A model generated the notes under the pieces. It was not told where the DNA came from, did not search any database, and was given only the letters and a program-made list of their open reading frames with translations. From assembly GCA_050331735.1 (NCBI GenBank), contig JBHJGN010000029.1, positions 168,338 to 232,337 of the forward strand: 64,000 nucleotides of DNA, in the 5' to 3' direction. This document shows positions 63,084 through 64,000 of the stretch, piece by piece; position 1 is the first letter of the stretch, and each line of letters opens with the position of its first letter. The translations under genes were made by a program, and so were the position numbers. The stretch is from Cyanophyceae cyanobacterium (GTDB lineage: Bacteria; Cyanobacteriota; Cyanobacteriia; Cyanobacteriales; JBHJGN01).

Positions 63084-63168
63084 TATTTCCTCTATAACTT
63101 AGGAAAAATTGCTATTTTACCTTTGAATGATTATATAAAACTTCAAAGAGCGCTGATAATATTAGCGC

Positions 63169-63873
63169 ATGAAAATACCAAGAGCTATATTGTCCCGTGT
63201 AGAAACACCACCGCCACACCTGTGGTTCATCATCAGTGCTATCTTTCACTATCTCGGTCCATCATTCGCCGTCCTGCTTTTCCAGCATGTTGATGTTTTA
63301 GGCGTTGCCTGGTTTCGGATTACCAGTGCAGCAGTAATCTTAGCAGTCTGGACTAAGCCTTGGAAAACGTTTCGCTCGGCAAATCGAGAAGTCGTGATTC
63401 TGCTGTTGCTGCTGGGTGCTTGTCTTGCTTTGATGAACAGCGCGTTTTATTTGGCAATTGACCGCCTGCCACTGAGTTTGGTAGCGGCAATTGAGTTTGT
63501 TGGTACAATTGCCATTGCTCTGTTTGGGTTGAGGACTGTACACAACTACCTTGCTTTGTTCCTAGCGGTAGCTGGTGTATTTATTCTGATTGATGTTCGT
63601 TGGTCTAGTAATTCCCTCGGTCTTACTTATGCCATCGTTAACGGTCTATTATTTATGACCTACGTAATTCTCGGTCATCGGATTGCTCAGCAAGGAGCCG
63701 GAGAAGGGGTTGGTCGCCTAGGAGCTGCAATGGCGGCGGCATTCGTGTTCGTGATGCCCATCGGATTTAGAGAAGCGATCGCTGCGTTCTCCACTCCTGT
63801 ACTGGTGCTTGCGGGAATTGGGGTGGGGGTCAGTTCTTCGGTGATTCCCTACCTTTGCGATCACCTTCTATAA
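63169..63873 (+). pseudogene. EamA/RhtA-like exporter, C-terminally truncated
   Basis: HYLGPSFAV.LF, AWFR, MN..FYLAI.RLPL..AIEF.G; ends abruptly at SSVIPYLCDHLL*, apparently missing the last TM helices. Confidence 0.7.
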
Positions 63874-64000
63874 AGGTAGACAAAGCTGGACACTTTGGCT
63901 AACCTCACCCATCGGTGACTGATGAGGATTTGTTGACTGACCCGTTTCACTGGCTACTGGCAAAGAGGGAAAATGGTCCCTTCCTGTTGATAAACGAGAT

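Overview
Cyanobacterial chromosomal window (psbZ, chlP, chlL/chlN, desC, and many HIP1 GCGATCGC octamers). It is mostly housekeeping: lipid synthesis (plsX-fabH, fabD-plsC, plsY, desC), chlorophyll synthesis, metG, ribH, ureC, tRNA-Gly(GCC) and tRNA-processing enzymes. It also holds a five-gene glycosyl/sulfotransferase cluster, a CheB-CheR-PAS-kinase-receiver hybrid, and two small genes missed by the ORF track (a rubredoxin and a 53-aa membrane protein). Three loci are decayed or interrupted: an AraC N-terminal remnant, an antitoxin with two stops beside a VapC lacking a catalytic Glu, and a truncated EamA gene. Best candidates for undescribed biology: (1) a three-gene operon of a catalytically dead HtrA-like protease with PDZ, an intact trypsin-like protease without PDZ, and a NarL-type regulator with a non-phosphorylatable receiver, with a paired operator-like motif upstream; (2) tiny hairpin elements with conserved structure but variable sequence, sitting in TTTCCCC repeat tracts; (3) a tandem two-domain glutaminase whose domains have lost different active-site residues. 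All calls come from reading motifs by eye; no database searches were run.
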